A stretch of 15,191 nucleotides of DNA from Bdellovibrionia bacterium (GTDB lineage Bacteria > Bdellovibrionota > UBA1018). Shown piece after piece: positions 14,344-15,191 of the stretch; the first letter of the stretch is position 1; each line of letters starts with the position of its first letter. The notes under the pieces were generated by a model. The model made no database searches. It was not told the origin of the DNA and was given only the letters and a program-made list of their open reading frames with translations. The stretch covers positions 1 to 15,191 of the forward strand of contig JBJMMA010000114.1 in NCBI GenBank assembly GCA_045805065.1, read 5' to 3'. The position numbers and the translations under genes were made by a program.

Positions 14344-15191
14344 TTAAGCATGCGAATCCCGCTGAAGGGTTAGGCTCATGAGCTTCTGATGCGAGCCTGC
14401 GACGTTGGGATCTGCAGGAACCCTTCTTTGAACGTAATCACCCGAGGGAAGCATGTCCCAGGCCTGCCTTTGATCCTCAAGATGCACATTAAGAATTTCC
14501 CAGAGTCGATCACGCAAAAGCTTGTTCTCGATCGGAACCACGGCCTCCACGCGTGCAGCGAGATTTCGATACATCCAGTCTGCCGAGCCCATATAGAAGC
14601 TTCCATCCAGCGGATGCTTTGCACCGTTTCTGAAATAAAAGATTCGTGAGTGCTCAAGGAATCGTCCGATGATTGAAATCACCCGGATGTTCTCGCTCAT
14701 GCCTGGGACTCCAGGTCGCAGGCTGCAGACGCCGCGAACAATGAGATCGATCTTCACTCCCTGGCGTGATGCTTCGTAAAGCGCCTGGCAGATGTCTTTT
14801 TCCTCGAGGCTGTTCATCTTTGCGATGATTCGTGATGGAAGTCCCTTTTTCGCGTTTTCGGTCTCGTTTTGAATGAGGCTGAGAAATTTTTTCTTCAACG
14901 CAATCGGGGCGATCACAAGTTTTTTGTATTGTTGAAAGAGCGATCGGCCGGTGAGGTAATGAAACAAATGAACGACGTCTTCAGAGATCTCCGGATTGGA
15001 GGTGAAAAGCCCGAGGTCGGTATACAGGCGTGATGTGCCCGAGTGGTAGTTTCCTGTTCCAATGTGAACGTAAGAGCGTAGCGAGTCGTACTCGCGACGA
15101 ACCACTTGCGCAACCTTGCAATGAGTCTTGAGTCCCACAATGCCGTAGACAACGTGAACGCCTGCCTTCTCAAGTCTTTGAGCAACAAGAA
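14344..15191 (-). CDS. ppk1: Polyphosphate kinase 1, C-terminal part (5'-truncated by window edge)
   Basis: The frame is open to the window edge: ...LEKAGVHVVYGIVGLKTHCK (phospho-His motif), HIGTGNY, YTDLGL, AKMNSL, IVRGVCSLRPG, GRFLEHSR and GSADWMYRNL. Confidence 0.97.
   Translation of the reverse strand, partial: LVAQRLEKAGVHVVYGIVGLKTHCKVAQVVRREYDSLRSYVHIGTGNYHSGTSRLYTDLGLFTSNPEISEDVVHLFHYLTGRSLFQQYKKLVIAPIALKKKFLSLIQNETENAKKGLPSRIIAKMNSLEEKDICQALYEASRQGVKIDLIVRGVCSLRPGVPGMSENIRVISIIGRFLEHSRIFYFRNGAKHPLDGSFYMGSADWMYRNLAARVEAVVPIENKLLRDRLWEILNVHLEDQRQAWDMLPSGDYVQRRVPADPNVAGSHQKLMSLTLQRDSHA

Noticed and set aside
3577..15188. Remaining 60-170 aa alternative-frame and antisense ORFs inside the called genes
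   Set aside because: They lie largely or wholly within well-supported CDSs and show no domain motifs.
1..15191. CRISPR array, IS/transposase, prophage, toxin-antitoxin or defence genes
   Set aside because: No regularly spaced repeats, terminal inverted repeats or matching proteins were seen, and the window is almost fully accounted for by the listed genes.

Overview
Bacterial chromosomal window of roughly 50% GC (estimated by eye). The NtrB-type kinases and overall gene style suggest a Bdellovibrionota/Oligoflexia-like or other former deltaproteobacterium, but that is inference. Phosphate genes sit at both ends: a pstS-pstC-pstA(partial) ABC transporter operon on the left and the 3' part of ppk1 on the right. 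Between them, in order, are a rhomboid-fold membrane protein lacking catalytic residues; a tightly packed trio of an exported glucose/sorbosone dehydrogenase-family protein, adenine deaminase and an uncharacterised CitE/HpcH-like lyase; an orphan histidine kinase; tRNA-Ser(GCT) with a clear sigma70 promoter and terminator; ybaK; a DltE-like SDR; two tandem DUF1622-type membrane proteins; a beta-hydroxyacid dehydrogenase; and a second histidine kinase divergent from a stand-alone receiver domain. I see no integrase, transposase, CRISPR array or defence gene. Nothing here is a proven new system. The best candidates for undescribed biology are the ade-coupled CitE-like lyase, the charge-complementary DUF1622 pair, the rhomboid pseudoprotease, and a direct-repeat-flanked GAA hairpin upstream of pstS.
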